The position numbers and the translations under genes were made by a program. A stretch of DNA of 63,812 nt, counting the filler. It is 6 parts of 6 records of this genome, joined end to end, with 100 filler letters (N's around TTAATTAATTAA, not from the genome) between each part and the next. Parts side by side here need not be neighbours in the genome. Positions count along the whole stretch, not along the records: positions 17,218 to 24,502 come from SRR31156797_13346; positions 24,603 to 32,786 come from SRR31156797_13350; 4 more parts are not named here. One strand, written 5' to 3'. This document shows positions 20,059 through 29,194 of the stretch, in pieces; the stretch's first letter is position 1; every line of letters starts with the position of its first letter. A model generated the notes under the pieces. The model made no database searches. It had not been told where the DNA came from and was given only the letters and a program-made list of their open reading frames with translations.

Positions 20059-22452
20059 ATGAAAAACGCAATTCTTTTTTCAGTGGCAATTCTGGCCGTG
20101 GCAACGGCGCTTTTCTTCGGATGCAGTAGCGACAGCACCAGCACACAAGACACAACCAACCCAAGCACCTTCAAACAGTATAGTGATAATCTCGATGATG
20201 TTGATACCAGAGCAGCCCTGCGGAATTCATGGGTCGGAACATCAGAAACCAGCGCGCTATGGGCTATGTCCCAGAATGACCAACTGGATAGCACTTCCTT
20301 CCCTCAGATCCCTCCGGAGGTCGCTGATGATTTGCTGGATACGGGAAAGAAATTAGGCGGAGATCTCATCCAAAAGGGACTTGGATACTGCATTGACAAG
20401 GCTTTTGGCATTCAAAGCAAGTCACAGAAGGAGGCTGAAGAGACAACTTTCATAAACCAAACTCTTTTGGGTATCCAACATCAACTGACTCAGGTACAAA
20501 ATAATTTGACACAGGTGTACACAAATCAGACTCAGGCAATGAGCTCTGCATCGATCAATAATCTCAGTTATATCTCGGATTTCAGTAATGCGGAGTCGCT
20601 TATCGTCGCATCCTCAACCGATCAAGCGAATTTCGAGAATCTTTACCCCGGATTTATCTCCGCTATTGAGAACACTACTAGCTCACCGAAATGGGATGTG
20701 AATTTCGATCAGCTGTGCGAGTCATCGAATGCTTTCATATCCACTTACTACAATGACCTCAGTACTGATGGTACCGACGACGAAAACACCATTTTGGCAT
20801 ATGCCTACGATGTGGTTAATGAGCTTTTCGGTTCAAACGCGGCAATGCCGGATTTTTTCATTAATCAGGCAACAAATGCACAGAATTATATAAATCATCT
20901 AATAGGAGACCCCTCCGCACAAACTCCAATACCGGCAGCTACAGGCATCAACCTGATATCAAACTACTACGCCGCCGGAACGCGTGTCAGTCAGGCCGCC
21001 TATGATGTCGCCAACATTTTGCAGAAATCCTATATAGTAATGGCTTTTACCCTGCAATTGGCTGTGCATTCGAACTGCGGCTACAAAAAAACGACTTTAC
21101 TGGAGTACCTTGGAACGCCAAATGTTTATCCGGTCAACATTATTTATTCCGGAATCAATTTCGACAACCTAACTTCAGACAATCTTTCTGCGGCATTAAA
21201 GCAGCTGAACACAAATTTTACGAATCTATTTGTTACTCAGGCACAAGAGGATATTGAAAAGATTGTAACGCCGTTTATAACATATGGCAGTACAGCCAAA
21301 AGCTATTGGGATACAGCCGCGCTTGTCAACCAGGCAGGGCTGAGCCTGAATGGTCAGTTTATGCAGAACGGGTGTTTCCCCATCAGTTACGTGAAAAATG
21401 CGACTGTAAACGGAACAATAAATGGCAATCTCGACTATTTGGCCGCTGAATGCAACTACAATGGCGACTGGACGGTCCTTCAACTTTTTATTCCCACCAA
21501 CAACGGGGCTGAGGCGTTGAACAACATCAGTTACCTCAGCGGCTTCGGACTCATCGGGGACGTCGATTATCAGGAGATCTCACCCTACCTGACTCAAGGA
21601 GGCACCATTGCTTCCGCGGGCGGCTGCTCTTCCCATTACGATAATCAATGTACGAGTGGTTACGATGACTGCTATGTTGGACAGGCTTCCATGCAGCTGC
21701 AGCCAACGCCTCTGCCGTCCTACGGAAGTGGATTTATGAAAGGTAATTCTACCCCCGACCCCACTCCCACCGGCACACCAGGTTTAAATCAGCGGTTCAC
21801 ATTTGCCACGAACTATTGCCAGGGGTCCATGAGCGACCATAGTTGTACCAACCAATGGTACGTTGTTGTATTCACGCCTAACGGCCACCTTTTTCAGGGG
21901 GACATCCAATGGCAATTTTGTGAGAATGAGACCGCCCACGATATGAAAAACACCCAAGTCAACTTGAGTGCCACGCAAATTACAGAGCCCACCAATTGGA
22001 ATGGCAGTATCCTTTCCATTACCGATGGGAGTCAAGTTACGGATATTACTTTTGGAGGCCCTTCCAACAATCCGGCGGGTCAAGACGGTAACACAAATCC
22101 AAACTGGGCCGAGTACGGCTTTGGTATTAATGTCACCAGTGCCCCTCAACCCACAGCCAGTCCATATCCTTTATGTTCGGAGGGCTCACCGGTTAGTCTC
22201 CTGCCTATCTATAGTTATACTGACAGCAGCGTGGAAACCGGTACCGTAACTGACGCAACTACCATTACGGATAGCAACAATGAAACTCTGTCATTTGAAA
22301 ACGGCTATACCCAGTTCACATACAAGAAGAGCACATGGAGCAGGTCTACGAGTTCTACGACACCTCCGGACGGGGCGGAGAGCATGCAGGGGGTTTGGCA
22401 AACGGGGACGGGTATTAATACCCAATACCTGAACATTTATTGCACCAACTAG
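20059..22452 (+). CDS. Large hypothetical lipoprotein (helical N-half, Cys/Thr/Asn-rich C-half)
   Basis: 797-aa ORF, AAGGAGG RBS, lipobox FFGC, GC-rich hairpin downstream. Confidence 0.85.
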   Translation: MKNAILFSVAILAVATALFFGCSSDSTSTQDTTNPSTFKQYSDNLDDVDTRAALRNSWVGTSETSALWAMSQNDQLDSTSFPQIPPEVADDLLDTGKKLGGDLIQKGLGYCIDKAFGIQSKSQKEAEETTFINQTLLGIQHQLTQVQNNLTQVYTNQTQAMSSASINNLSYISDFSNAESLIVASSTDQANFENLYPGFISAIENTTSSPKWDVNFDQLCESSNAFISTYYNDLSTDGTDDENTILAYAYDVVNELFGSNAAMPDFFINQATNAQNYINHLIGDPSAQTPIPAATGINLISNYYAAGTRVSQAAYDVANILQKSYIVMAFTLQLAVHSNCGYKKTTLLEYLGTPNVYPVNIIYSGINFDNLTSDNLSAALKQLNTNFTNLFVTQAQEDIEKIVTPFITYGSTAKSYWDTAALVNQAGLSLNGQFMQNGCFPISYVKNATVNGTINGNLDYLAAECNYNGDWTVLQLFIPTNNGAEALNNISYLSGFGLIGDVDYQEISPYLTQGGTIASAGGCSSHYDNQCTSGYDDCYVGQASMQLQPTPLPSYGSGFMKGNSTPDPTPTGTPGLNQRFTFATNYCQGSMSDHSCTNQWYVVVFTPNGHLFQGDIQWQFCENETAHDMKNTQVNLSATQITEPTNWNGSILSITDGSQVTDITFGGPSNNPAGQDGNTNPNWAEYGFGINVTSAPQPTASPYPLCSEGSPVSLLPIYSYTDSSVETGTVTDATTITDSNNETLSFENGYTQFTYKKSTWSRSTSSTTPPDGAESMQGVWQTGTGINTQYLNIYCTN

Positions 22453-22464
22453 CACTTTCTTGGC

Positions 22465-22525
22465 TTGCCCCCGATTTGACCCATCGTCCCTTGGAGTGCT
22501 TGGGGCGATGGGAGGGCAACAAATC
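22465..22525 (+). terminator. GC-rich stem-loop after the 797-aa gene (putative terminator)
   Basis: CCCATCGTCCC/GGGGCGATGGG and TTGCCC/GGGCAA pairing; no clear U-tract. Confidence 0.45.
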
Positions 22526-22629
22526 AAGATACCAGAAGTCTGAAAACCAGTAATTCATCCTTTTCGCATTCCAGATTCCGGCCGGCTATGGTTTGCCGCA
22601 TATTCTGGGAGCCAACCTCCGTGCCGGAG

Positions 22630-22661
22630 TGTGTGTGGGACGCCCTGTGTGTGGGACGCCC
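22630..22661 (+). repeat. Perfect 16-bp tandem duplication TGTGTGTGGGACGCCC
   Basis: 22630-22645 is identical to 22646-22661. Confidence 0.95.
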
Positions 22662-22712
22662 TTTATATTTTTGTATTAGGGTTCGTGATTATTGACACAT
22701 AAAGGGCGTCCC
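22653..22712. repeat. Inverted-repeat hairpin with GGGAC core (REP/STIR-like)
   Basis: Perfect 14-bp arms GGGACGCCCTTTAT (22653-22666) / ATAAAGGGCGTCCC (22699-22712). Confidence 0.8.
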
Positions 22713-22728
22713 CTCATCCAATAAAAGA

Positions 22729-22856
22729 GCCGAACAAGACGCTTGAAGGGACCGGGCGGTCTGCGCCGCTTTTAAACGTATGCGGTTTGCGGAAAGCACT
22801 CAAAGTCCCAGAAGCTTTCGGTTTACGTCGCCCGGCCCCTCAGCTAACCGTTAGCC
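22729..22856 (+). mobile_element. Integron attC site 1 (128 bp)
   Basis: R'' GCCGAAC, 5-nt spacer, arm GC(T)TGAAGGG(A)CCGGGCG pairing with CGCCCGGCCCCTCAGC with two extrahelical bases, R' GTTAGCC. Confidence 0.88.
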
Positions 22857-22886
22857 TCTTTTATAAAGTATAAAGGAGTTGTAATA

Positions 22887-23696
22887 ATGCAAAGTAAAAT
22901 AGTTAAGGAATTGAAACCTGCACTTGAAACAACTGTCCTCCTCAGGAGCAATGATAAGCCTGACAATGCGAAACAGGCAGTGAAAGGCAAATATTATTGC
23001 ATCATGACGCTGTTCGCACAAGCCGTGACTCGGGGAAAAACGGTCGTCTTTGATCGTGAAACATATGGTTGCCCTGGCGCGTGTGCCGGCTTGGGTTTTG
23101 GTTCTGCCTATGAAAAGGACATGGGTGGCTACGAAATGTTTGCTGCATTTTTTTCGAAGGGTTTGGAGGATGCTGACGACAAGGAACAGTACAAGTTCTT
23201 AGCGGAGAAAATGAATCCCCATGTACGCAAGAAACTCATTGAGGGAGAGCGGTTCCACTGTTCAAAGGCAAAAGCGTACAAATGGATCACCAAAGATCTT
23301 CCCATTTATAATTTTTCAGAAAGATATCGGGTCATCAAACCTTTGGAAGAACTCACAGACAATGAGATACCAGATTCGGTGATATTCACAGTCGATCCCA
23401 TTCAACTCACTGCTCTTATAACCCTTGCAGGCTCCATACGGGAAGGAATCAATGATACTTTAACTCCCCAGGGAGCCGGATGCCAGATGATAGGTGCCTA
23501 TGTTTTCAGAGAGGCTGAATCAGATGATCCAAGAGCCGTTCTTGGTATGATCGATCTTGCAGCCAGAAAAAATGTAAAAAAAATATTACCGAACAATGTC
23601 TTGACTTACGCCGTTCCCTGGAAGTTGTTTTTGGCTCTGGAAAAGGAGGCAGAAAATGGAATCTTCAAGTCGCCGTTATGGAAAGATTTGCAATGA
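22887..23696 (+). CDS. DUF169-family protein, integron gene cassette
   Basis: C.M.L...A..GKTVVFD.ETYGCPG...LGFG and GAGCQ motifs; AAAGGAG RBS; lies between attC1 and attC2. Confidence 0.82.
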   Translation: MQSKIVKELKPALETTVLLRSNDKPDNAKQAVKGKYYCIMTLFAQAVTRGKTVVFDRETYGCPGACAGLGFGSAYEKDMGGYEMFAAFFSKGLEDADDKEQYKFLAEKMNPHVRKKLIEGERFHCSKAKAYKWITKDLPIYNFSERYRVIKPLEELTDNEIPDSVIFTVDPIQLTALITLAGSIREGINDTLTPQGAGCQMIGAYVFREAESDDPRAVLGMIDLAARKNVKKILPNNVLTYAVPWKLFLALEKEAENGIFKSPLWKDLQ

Positions 23697-23710
23697 CGGG
23701 ATAGTGAATT

Positions 23711-23795
23711 TGCTAACCAGCCAGTGCACCAGACGGGATACCCGCAGCTAGTAGTTGTTCACTTGGTCACGCCGCTGGTGACCGCAACGTTATGT
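23711..23795 (+). mobile_element. Integron attC site 2 (85 bp)
   Basis: R'' TGCTAAC (complements cassette start GTTAGC), arm AGT(G)CACCAG(A)CGG pairing with CCGCTGGTGACC with two extrahelical bases, R' GTTATGT. Confidence 0.88.
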
Positions 23796-23823
23796 TTCAA
23801 AAAATATTAATCGGAAAAAAATA

Positions 23824-24258
23824 ATGAATGATGAAAAAACATTAATCGACAAGTTAAAACGTATTGAAGCTCTTTTCGCAGGAGCCGCAACTGGCGGTGA
23901 ACGTGAAGCAGCTGCAAACGCTTCAATAAGAATTAAAAATCGACTTAAACAAGTACAAGAAATTGATCCACCAATTGAATATAAATTTACTATGGCTGAT
24001 ATGTGGTCAAGAAGACTATTTGTAGCGCTACTTCGCAGATATGAAATAAAACCTTTTAGATATTTCAGACAAAGGCACACTACGGTCATGGCGGTTGTGT
24101 CTTCAAACTTTGTTGATGAAACACTTTGGCCGCAATTTCTAGAGCTTGACAAAACATTACGCTCATATTTAAATGACATTACAAATCGAGTAATTTCTGA
24201 AAGCATTCATTCTGATAATTCCGAAGCGGAAGTAGTTCAACAACTAATAGAAGCATAG
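23824..24258 (+). CDS. Hypothetical protein, integron gene cassette
   Basis: 144-aa AT-rich ORF starting 28 nt after the attC2 core; N-terminal KL..IEALF.GA.T.GER.AA. Confidence 0.82.
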   Translation: MNDEKTLIDKLKRIEALFAGAATGGEREAAANASIRIKNRLKQVQEIDPPIEYKFTMADMWSRRLFVALLRRYEIKPFRYFRQRHTTVMAVVSSNFVDETLWPQFLELDKTLRSYLNDITNRVISESIHSDNSEAEVVQQLIEA

Positions 24259-24263
24259 AAAAA

Positions 24264-24270
24264 ACATAAT
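24264..24270 (+). mobile_element. Remnant of attC site 3 (R'' box only)
   Basis: ACATAA(T) 5 nt after the stop is the near-complement of this cassette's GTTATGT core; the rest of the attC is absent. Confidence 0.6.
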
Positions 24271-24276
24271 TGGGTA

Positions 24277-24348
24277 GTAATAGGGGACAGACCATTTTCC
24301 GTGAGATATTCCGGACCTCAACGAAAAACGCGGCCTGCCCCCTATTAC
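24277..24348. repeat. Inverted-repeat hairpin with GGGGACAG core (REP/STIR-like)
   Basis: GTAATAGGGGACAGACC (24277-24293) / GGCCTGCCCCCTATTAC (24332-24348), 15/17 match, further inner pairing. Confidence 0.8.
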
Positions 24349-24502
24349 GCTGTTGATGTAAAAATTGACTGCCTGTTTGTTTCTTTCAAAATCTTAAGGC
24401 TTGATGGTCGAATTCCTTTTTTTCATGGCTTTAATTTTCAAGGCGACCTCTTTCCAGCGCTCCTTTTCCACACGGTCAGCACTTTTGTGCCGGCGATGGG
24501 AC
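24345..24502 (-). CDS. 3' end of a gene entering from the contig edge; possibly an RsgA-type GTPase C-terminus
   Basis: Open frame SHRRHKSADRVEKERWKEVALKIKAMKKG...STA*; EKERWK resembles RsgA tails. Confidence 0.35.
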
Positions 24503-24602
24503 NNNNNNNNNNNNNNNNNNNNNNNNNNNNNNNNNNNNNNNNNNNNTTAATTAATTAANNNNNNNNNNNNNNNNNNNNNNNNNNNNNNNNNNNNNNNNNN
24601 NN
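24503..24602. other. Artificial contig linker
   Basis: N44-TTAATTAATTAA-N44. Confidence 0.98.
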
Positions 24603-25524
24603 CTCCGGTAATATCTGCCGTAGGAGGAGGAACAACGACTGTAACCTCGTCAGTGCCATCAACACAAGGCCCTGCAACACTCCAGCGAAACACATAAGTA
24701 CCTTCAATAAGATTGCTTACCCATGCGCGATTGCTATTTACATTGCTAAATACGGCCACATTCGGACCGCTTATTTGTTGCCAGGTACCGATCTGCCCAT
24801 CCAGCCCGGAACCAGCATAGCTTGCATTCAGACGGGTACTGTGTGTTGCTGAATAACAATCGTCTAACAACTGATCCGATCCTGCACTTATTGGCGAAAC
24901 TGCCCCAAGGTTTGTTATTTCTACTTCATCATAAGAAGAACAACCGTTATCGTTGATAATAGTCCATCTTAAAGTAACTTGTGCAGCGCTCCCGGAAGCA
25001 ATTGTTATTGTAGAGTTATAGCTTGTCGGATCAACCACCGCAATTCCCGAAGATCCTCCAGTCCACAGACCGGTTTCATTGGTTCCTGGTTGGCTTCCGT
25101 TAAGCTGTGCTACATCTCCGGGACAATAAGTTGCATCGTTACCTGCATCAGCCTCACTAATTGGCAGTACCGAATGAGTAACATCCTGCCAGGTTAATGC
25201 TCCATCCTCACAGGTTGTGTAAATCCTGAAAGTGTAACTTTCTCCGGCAATAATGTTGGTAACTTCGGTTTTTAAATCTGTTGGATCGACAATAGTTGCT
25301 CCAACCCCGCCAATCTGTACCCAAAGCACTTCAGCACCAGACTCGATGGGTTCGGTATAACTACCATCTAAAAACAAACGTTCATTTGAACAAATTGAAC
25401 GCGAAACACCTGCATTTACCGAACAGTTTTGCCCGTTAACCTGCAATACATTAAATAACAAAAAAAAGAGCATAGTGCATACAACAAGCACTCTTACTCT
25501 TTTAAGCATAGTAAATCTTTTCAT
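24603..25524 (-). CDS. Large secreted repeat protein (SprB/PKD-like adhesin), N-terminal part, 3'-truncated
   Basis: Signal peptide; repeated (N/D/S)AG.D...C...L.G...W.Q..G...Y.F.W modules. Confidence 0.8.
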
Positions 25525-25958
25525 ATTCTGGTTTATTTTTGAATACTAATGAATATTAGCACAACGAATGCACTAGGTTTCTTTATCACAAAAAATTGGG
25601 TATTTGAGAAGCAAACTAGAAAGTATAGTTTTTTACTTCATACGCTTTTTTATTTCTGTTAAACCAAAACAGCCAAGCTCTAAACAAGCCAACATCTTCT
25701 GTTTAACATCATTAACACTTAATTATGCAAGTATAGCTTCCGGCAAAAGCCCTGCAGCTATACCAATGGTTTGTAATTCATCTTTTTTTTCCGCGAGCAA
25801 ATGTATCATAATCATTAATAGTTACATGGTGTTTCAGGTAATCAAAAAGTAATCAATCCTTTTTTCCTTTTCAACAATACTGGCAAAGGAACTTGCCTTT
25901 AATTGTTAATAACTTGTATTGCTAAAAATACGAGCAAACGATTTAGTCGATTAAATTT

Positions 25959-25966
25959 TATCTTTG
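25959..25966 (+). promoter_or_regulatory. Bacteroidota -7 promoter element (TAnnTTTG)
   Basis: TATCTTTG about 75 nt upstream of the kinase ATG. Confidence 0.55.
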
Positions 25967-26041
25967 ACCTTTATTTTTCAGGAAAGTATTGAAATAACTG
26001 GAATTACATCTTTCAATCCGGTATATCCGCAATAGTAAATT

Positions 26042-28300
26042 ATGTTCAATATTGTTAAATATAAACTGATAATTTTATGTTTTGCCCTCTTAAGCCTTTG
26101 TTCGTGCAATCAAGCTATTGAGCATTGCACCATAAACAAGGGTGAGAGCGATTTAAGCCTTGTGGACTTTAACACCAATATCGTACAACTTTCAGGTGAG
26201 ATGTTTTTTTTATGGGAACAACTACAACCGGCCTTTATCGATTCTTCAAACTACACTTTAATCAATACCAAGCATAGTTGGAACAATCAGCCCAAAGGGA
26301 AAACAAATTATGAGATGCACGGTTTTGCCACCTATTTTTTCAGCATTACCATTGCAGATAAATTTGTTGGCAAACCCTTTATAATGCAGCCCAACCACTT
26401 TATTTCGTATGCTTCCGAAATTTATGTTAACGAAGAGATGGTATGCAACAATGGCTCGGTTGGCAAATCAAAGAATGATCCTAAATATTCGCCATCAAGA
26501 AAAACCATTTCAAAGATTTTTATACCCACATCGAATCGATTAAACATAAGGATAAAGGTTTCAAATTTTCATCATTTTCGTGGTGGCATATTCGAGCCAC
26601 TAACACTTGGGTTGGCAGCCCAGATTAATAAAAACAAGACTCAACACATTACCTATGAGCTTTTGATTATTGTGAGCCTTTTGATTATGTTTTTATACCA
26701 TTTGCTATCTCATTTTATTTTTAGTAAAAACAATACGGCATTGTATTTCGCCATAACCTGCTTGTGTTTTGCTTTAGACCTTTCAATGCAAAACAGTATG
26801 TGCTTTTTCTTTTTTTTCCCCGAAACACCATTTGGTATCCACTCCTTTCTTCATAAGGCATCCCCCTTTGTAATGCCAGCTGCCTTTATATTCTTTTTTC
26901 ATTCCTTTTTTCCTGAAGCGGTTTCAAAAAAAGTAAGGAATATAGCTGGTATGTTTGCTGTTGTTTGCATTGCACTTTTATTTACTGGCAGTACAATTAT
27001 AAGTTCAATTGCAAAACCGCATTATTTATACATTATGCTTCTTGTTGCATATGTTTATTTTGCTTCGGTAAAAGCCATTAAAAAGAAATTGCCTGGTTCA
27101 TATCTTTTTATGGCATCATTTCTTTTCTTTTCTCTGCTAATAGCGAACGATTTGCTAAATATGTTTGAAATAGTAGACACCCCTAATTTAATATCGGTGG
27201 GAATGATGGTGTTTGTGTTCTTTCTTTCAATAATGAAAGCCCATGTTAATTCAGATATGTACAATCAAATTTTCCAACTTACAAACAATTTGAAGTTTTT
27301 AAATGAGAATCTTGAAAATGAAGTAGAAAGAAAAACAAGAAAATTGAACCAGCTTCTTGAAGAAGAGAAGCAGCTAAAACAATTTCAACACGATATGAGC
27401 AATATGATTGTTCATGATTTAAAAGGCCCGTTAAACACTATAATTAACGTAAAGCAAGTTGTCAAAGACGACCCCGGATTAAATACAATTCAACAGGCAG
27501 GATATCAGATGAACAACCTGGTAATGAACATACTGGATATTTACACCTTTAATAAAGCCCGGCCCGAATTTATATTTGAAGATGTAAACTTGTTAGAACT
27601 TCTTGAGAATTCGTGCAAGCAAGTTGAGTTGCTGGTAAAAAAGAAAAACATTACCATATATTTTGATAAACAACTGGAGTGCATTGTTAAGATGGATAAA
27701 AATGCCATAGGCCGGGTTATTGTTAACCTTTTAATGAATGCAAGCAAATTCTCGCCAGCAAATAAATTGGTTAAAATTAAAGTAGCACGATTTGCAGAGC
27801 AAGAAGTTAAAATTAGCATAATAAACAGTGGCCCGCCTATACCTGCTGAGCTGCACGAAAAAATATTTGAACGGTTTATACATACAACTACCAACAAGGA
27901 AGAAACGATAAAATCGACTGGGTTAGGCCTTACTTATTGTAAACTTACTATCGAAGGGCATAAAGGAAAAATTGGCGTAAACTCTGCGCCTGGCAAAGAA
28001 GTAGAATTTTGGTTTACCATTCCAAATTTGGTTTCAATGAATTACCTCACCCAAACAGAGCAAGACAAGGATTTGGAAACGTTACACTTAACAACTGAGG
28101 AAAAAAAATACCTTTATAGCTATTGCAAATCTCTTAACCAATTTGAAGTTTTTGATATTTCTATAATAAATAATTGCCTTAACAGCATAAAAGCAAAAAG
28201 TAAAAACATCGAAAACTGGAAAAATCAACTTCGAAAAACAGTTGAACAAATAAATGCAAGCAACTACACAAAAATGTTGCAAAAGGTTTTGGATGAATAA
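26042..28300 (+). CDS. Sensor histidine kinase with extracellular beta-sandwich and 7TM (7TMR-DISM-like) region
   Basis: HGFATY...VSNFHHFRGG, seven hydrophobic segments, VHDLKGPL, NLLMNASKFS, TGLGLTYC. Confidence 0.9.
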   Translation: MFNIVKYKLIILCFALLSLCSCNQAIEHCTINKGESDLSLVDFNTNIVQLSGEMFFLWEQLQPAFIDSSNYTLINTKHSWNNQPKGKTNYEMHGFATYFFSITIADKFVGKPFIMQPNHFISYASEIYVNEEMVCNNGSVGKSKNDPKYSPSRKTISKIFIPTSNRLNIRIKVSNFHHFRGGIFEPLTLGLAAQINKNKTQHITYELLIIVSLLIMFLYHLLSHFIFSKNNTALYFAITCLCFALDLSMQNSMCFFFFFPETPFGIHSFLHKASPFVMPAAFIFFFHSFFPEAVSKKVRNIAGMFAVVCIALLFTGSTIISSIAKPHYLYIMLLVAYVYFASVKAIKKKLPGSYLFMASFLFFSLLIANDLLNMFEIVDTPNLISVGMMVFVFFLSIMKAHVNSDMYNQIFQLTNNLKFLNENLENEVERKTRKLNQLLEEEKQLKQFQHDMSNMIVHDLKGPLNTIINVKQVVKDDPGLNTIQQAGYQMNNLVMNILDIYTFNKARPEFIFEDVNLLELLENSCKQVELLVKKKNITIYFDKQLECIVKMDKNAIGRVIVNLLMNASKFSPANKLVKIKVARFAEQEVKISIINSGPPIPAELHEKIFERFIHTTTNKEETIKSTGLGLTYCKLTIEGHKGKIGVNSAPGKEVEFWFTIPNLVSMNYLTQTEQDKDLETLHLTTEEKKYLYSYCKSLNQFEVFDISIINNCLNSIKAKSKNIENWKNQLRKTVEQINASNYTKMLQKVLDE

Positions 28301-28326
28301 CCATAATATTTGAACTAATAACAAAG

Positions 28327-29154
28327 ATGAATTATAAAGCAAGCATATTGGTAGTAGATGATGACTTACTAAGTTTACAAGTAATAGTAGGTTTACTTAT
28401 GATACAAAACCCCAATTACACCATTATGCAATCAAAAGATGCCGAAAGTGCATATACCATTGCAACAAAGAGAATTCCGGACTTAATAATCTCGGATTGG
28501 AATATGCCGCATAAAAGCGGAATTGATTTAGTAAAAGAACTAAAGGCAAACAAAACAACTCAGCACATTCCGGTAATAATTGCTACGGGCTACATGATTT
28601 CTTCTGAAGATCTAAAAACAGCTTTAGATTCAGGAGCTGTGGATTATATTGCCAAACCCATGAACAAGATAGAACTTGAAGCTCGCGTAAATTCGGCATT
28701 AATGCTGGCTAAAAGTTATAAGGACATGCTTTTATTAAAAAATAACGAGATTAACGAAAACTCGCTCTACCTGATAAAGTCTAACGAATTTATTAAATCG
28801 ATACCTGAAAAGCTCGATCAACTGGAATGCCCAAAAGAAACTAGTAAAAAAATTATATCAGAAATTAAGCAAGACATAAACAGGTTCTCAAAAACCGATT
28901 TATGGGAAAGGTTTGATACTTCGCTTAACAACCTACATGCCGACTTTTATAAAAACCTGCTGGAGAAATACCCGGGCTTAACCCCTAAAGAGTTAAAAAT
29001 ATCAGCCCTCTTATTATTAGGAATGAACATAAAAGACATGGCATCGCTACTCCATCAAAAGGCAGATTCGATAAAGGTGGCCCGATACCGTTTACGCAAA
29101 AAATTTGAGCTAAACGATAAGGAAAACCTGCAAACCTTTCTTTCCGGTATTTAG
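28327..29154 (+). CDS. Response regulator with LuxR-type HTH
   Basis: VVDDD, SDWNMP, YIAKP; LTPKELK...ARYRLRKK. Confidence 0.9.
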   Translation: MNYKASILVVDDDLLSLQVIVGLLMIQNPNYTIMQSKDAESAYTIATKRIPDLIISDWNMPHKSGIDLVKELKANKTTQHIPVIIATGYMISSEDLKTALDSGAVDYIAKPMNKIELEARVNSALMLAKSYKDMLLLKNNEINENSLYLIKSNEFIKSIPEKLDQLECPKETSKKIISEIKQDINRFSKTDLWERFDTSLNNLHADFYKNLLEKYPGLTPKELKISALLLLGMNIKDMASLLHQKADSIKVARYRLRKKFELNDKENLQTFLSGI

Positions 29155-29194
29155 GTAAAATTGAATTTAAGAACTCTGTATTCTCATCACTTTT

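Noticed and set aside
22630-22712. Possible CRISPR repeats
   Set aside because: Two abutting copies without spacers plus an inverted copy; no cas genes.
17218-24502. Complete integron (intI/attI)
   Set aside because: No tyrosine recombinase ORF on this contig.
25604-25852. 82-aa ORF upstream of the kinase
   Set aside because: TTG start, no motifs, sits in a divergent promoter region.
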